Assembly (NCBI GenBank): GCA_963575745.1
Contig: CAUYUJ010000237.1
Coordinates: 1 to 64,000 of the forward strand
Direction: 5' to 3'
DNA: 64,000 nucleotides
DNA from: Prorocentrum cordatum
Taxonomy: Eukaryota
Below, piece by piece: positions 60,914-64,000 of this stretch. How positions within the stretch are numbered: position 1 is the stretch's first letter; every line of letters begins with the position of its first letter. Under the pieces are notes generated by a model, which saw only the letters and a list, made by a program, of their open reading frames with translations, had not been told where the DNA came from and did no database searches. The translations under genes and the position numbers were made by a program.

Positions 60914-63370
60914 GGGCCCGATTGCAGAGTGACCGAGCAGGCGATGCTGGCTGGGCCGATTTCCCTGAGCGGCCAGATCCGTCGCCCCCTGTCGATTCAT
61001 CGCAGGGGTGCCTGGCGTGCCAGACTATTTCGGTTTTGGTTTTGGTTTTTGTTCCACAAGAACTCCCCCTGGGGCTTCGGCCCGTCCCGCCGGGGCCGCC
61101 GGGGTCCCGGGAGGATTGCCCAGACCCGGTTGCCAAGGATTTTTCTCTCCAGTTGGCTCCAAGTCGGCCCAATATGGCCTCCAATATGCATCCAAGACGG
61201 CCAAGATGGCTTCCAAGACGGCTAAGATGGCTCCAAGATGCCTCCAAGACGAGCCAAGATGCACCCAAGACGGCCTAAGATGGCATCAAGATGGCCCAAG
61301 ACGGCCCCAGAGGCCCCCAAGAGGCTTCCAGTACGGCCCAAGAGGCCCCCAAGAGATCCTCCAGGAGGGCCCGAAGAGGCCAAAGTCATTGATTGTCCTT
61401 CGTTTTTTGTTCTGTATATGTATACATACATACAGATACACACCAATATATGTGTATATATATATATGTATAGAGAGAGAGAAGATTTTGGCATTTGCGC
61501 CTTTTCGGCTTCCCGACGGCCCAAGACGCCCAAGAGGCCCCCAAGGTCGCCCCAAGATCGCCCAAGAGGCCTCCAAGATGGCCCCGTGACGGCCCAAGAG
61601 GCCCCCAAGACGGCCCCAAGAGGGCCCCAAGACGGCCCAAGAGGCCCCCAAGACGCCCAAGATGGCCTCCAAGACGGCCAAGATGGCCTCTAAGATGCCT
61701 CCAAGACGGCCAAAGACGGCCTCCAAGACGGCTAGGATGGCCCCAAGATGCCTCCAAGACGGCCCAAGATATACCCCAGACGGCCTTAGATGGGCCCAAG
61801 AGGCTCCCCAGAGGCCTCCAAGATGGCGCTCCCAAGAGGTCCTCCAGGAAGGCCCGAACTGGCCACAATCATTGATTTGCCATCGGTTTTCTCCGGATTT
61901 TGGCATTTGCGCCTTTTCGGCTCTCCGACGGCCCAAGACGGCCCAAGAGGCCCCCAAGGTCGCCCCAAGATCGCCCAGGAGGCCTCCAAGATGGCCCCGT
62001 GACGGCCCAAGAGGCCCCCAAGACGGCCCCAAGAGGGCCCCAAAACGGCCCAAGAGGCCTCCAGGACGCCCAAGATGGCCTCTAAGAACCCCTGATCTGC
62101 CCCAAGAGGGCCCCAAGACGACCCAGGCAGGCCCCCAAGACGACTTCCGACGGCATCAGACAAGCCAGGAACGTCCTAAGACGGCCACAGAGGCTTCCAA
62201 GAAGCCCCCAAAGGCTTCCAAAAACCTTCCAAGAGGCCCCCAGAAAGCTCCCGGGAGGCCCCAAGAGTGCCCCAAGAGGCGCCGAAGATGCCTCCTCCTC
62301 TTTTTTTGTTCCTCATCATCCCCCTCCTCTTCTTGCTCCCCCATGCGTCCCCCGAAGTCTTTCCAAACCGTCTCGGGGAACAACTGGCCCGATAGCTTGG
62401 CCAAGCTCTGGCCCAGCTGTCGGCCACAGAGGCGCTTCCAAAGGGGCAGGGGGCGGCGGTGATTCGCCGTAGGCGTCTTCGATGTCAGGGTTCGCGTTTT
62501 GGGGTTCTGGGCCGATCTCGGCGGGCGGCCAGCCTCTCGGGTTCCAGCTACGGGTCCAGGGATCCTGGCACGGTGGGGTATTTCGGTCCTCGAGGTCTGC
62601 CGGGCGTGTGCGACCAGGGTCAGACATGTATTGGAGCGTAGAGAAGACACATTAGAGGGCAGGGAGCAGATTTCAGCAGGGAGCATGAATAATAGAGATT
62701 CGAGAATTCAGGGTAGATCGACCCCTGAGGGTATAGAGAGTAAGAGTGGTAATGGCACAATTATATGTATACATACAAGGAAGGAGACGATAGAGAGCGA
62801 TATGTCGCGACTTGTGTGATACATCTGATATGCAATCGAAGTGTGGGTGAAGAGGTCTGAATGACAGGGTATAGAGTAGGTATATATGTAGAGAGAGTAC
62901 GTTTCAGAGGGGATAGAGCGAAGTTGGGCATAGAGAGAGAGGGAGAGAGCGATACATACATACATACATACATACATACATACATACATACATACATACA
63001 TACATACATACATACATACACACATACACACATACACACATACACACATACATACATACATACATACATACATACATACATGCATGCATGCATGCATGCA
63101 TGCATACATGCATACACACATACATGCATGCATGCATACATGCATACTTACTTACATACATACATACATACATACAGACAGACATACAAACATACATGCA
63201 TACATACATAATTACACGCATACCTACACGCATACATACACACAAACAGACATACATATGCATACATATATATATATATATATATACATATAACCACAAG
63301 ACGGCCGTGGCGCTTCGGGCCATGCACATTGGTCCTTGAAGTTTGGTATGCAGGCGGAATGGCAGGAAGG
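60914..63370 (+). CDS. Further candidate host exons (60914-61014, 62358-62445, 63301-~63368); frame ambiguous
   Basis: Unique islands between repeats, with AG acceptors and GC/GT donors that can be joined in phase, but alternative frames are also open. Confidence 0.3.
61150..62290 (+). repeat. Complex CCAAGA(C/T/G)GGC satellite with a ~410 bp higher-order unit; inverted copy at ~63540-64000
   Basis: GGCATTTGCGCCTTTTCGGC anchor near 61490 and 61902; reverse-complement units at the window end. Confidence 0.85.
62950..63292. repeat. (TACA)n/(TGCA)n microsatellite
   Basis: Direct reading. Confidence 0.95.
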
Positions 63371-64000
63371 TCAAGCCGACAAATTAGCGAACGCCGTGTT
63401 ACCTTTTCCGGCATCGCCGTTATAATCATGTTTCTCGTTATCCGTCCTCCATGTTTATGTTTCGTCATTCTCCCCATACGCTGCGCATTCTCCCCATCCT
63501 CCTCAGCTCTTTTTGCGGAAGCTCCTCCTTGGAGAGCCTCTGGTGGCTTCCAAAAATGTTACAGGCTTCCTTGAGGCCTTCTGCAGGCCTCCTGGGCGTC
63601 TTCTGGGGGCCTCTGGGGGCGTCCTCGGGCCACCTTGCCTCAAACCGCGGTCTCTCTGAACGACCAGGCCACGATTTGGAATGCTTCGGAGAATGTCTTA
63701 GGGCCATCTTGGGCCGTCATTGGGCTCTCTTAGGCCATCTTGGAACCCTGTTGTGCCGTCTTTGGGCTCTCTTGGACGGCTTCGGACGCCCAGAAGACCG
63801 CCGTCTTAGAGCGTCGGGAAGCCGAAAAGAGGAAAACCCAACAAAAATCACCAACGACCAATTGAAAATCAATGAATAGTGCCTCTTGGGGCATTCTTGG
63901 GAGTGCTCTCGGAGGCCTTTTGGGACGTTTTGGAGCGATTTTTGGGGGTATGACGGCCTCTTTGGGGTCGTCGTGGACCGTCTTGGGGCTCTTTGAGGCT

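Noticed and set aside
61200..62460. Repetitive proteins (PRRPKMA/QDGPR, LGPSWG)
   Set aside because: Translations of the CCAAGA satellite, open on both strands.

Overview
This is eukaryotic, GC-rich, repeat-dominated DNA, almost certainly from a core dinoflagellate. The evidence is an exact 21-nt dinoflagellate spliced-leader (DinoSL) core at 23884-23904, GC-type splice donors and huge TE-filled introns. Most ORF-track entries are microsatellite artefacts. The window holds five degenerate non-LTR (LINE) retrotransposons and one degenerate tyrosine-recombinase (DIRS-like) retrotransposon. Two unrelated retroelements each carry a C5-cytosine DNA methyltransferase domain at their 3' end: a minus-strand LINE with an unusual RNaseH-EN-RT-DNMT order, and the DIRS-like element. 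All four plus-strand LINEs start at an intact or relict DinoSL directly after a microsatellite, which suggests they transpose through SL trans-spliced RNA. Between the elements I could assemble by eye a phase-consistent plus-strand host gene of 60-210 bp exons. It encodes a Cys-rich CWxxGFTxxxCC...CF...FTxxxCC motif and its introns reach ~9 kb. There is also a probable divergent minus-strand gene, one intron of which is a TIR element (introner candidate). Several MITE-like hairpins and satellites are present. All calls come from motif recognition by eye; no database searches were run.
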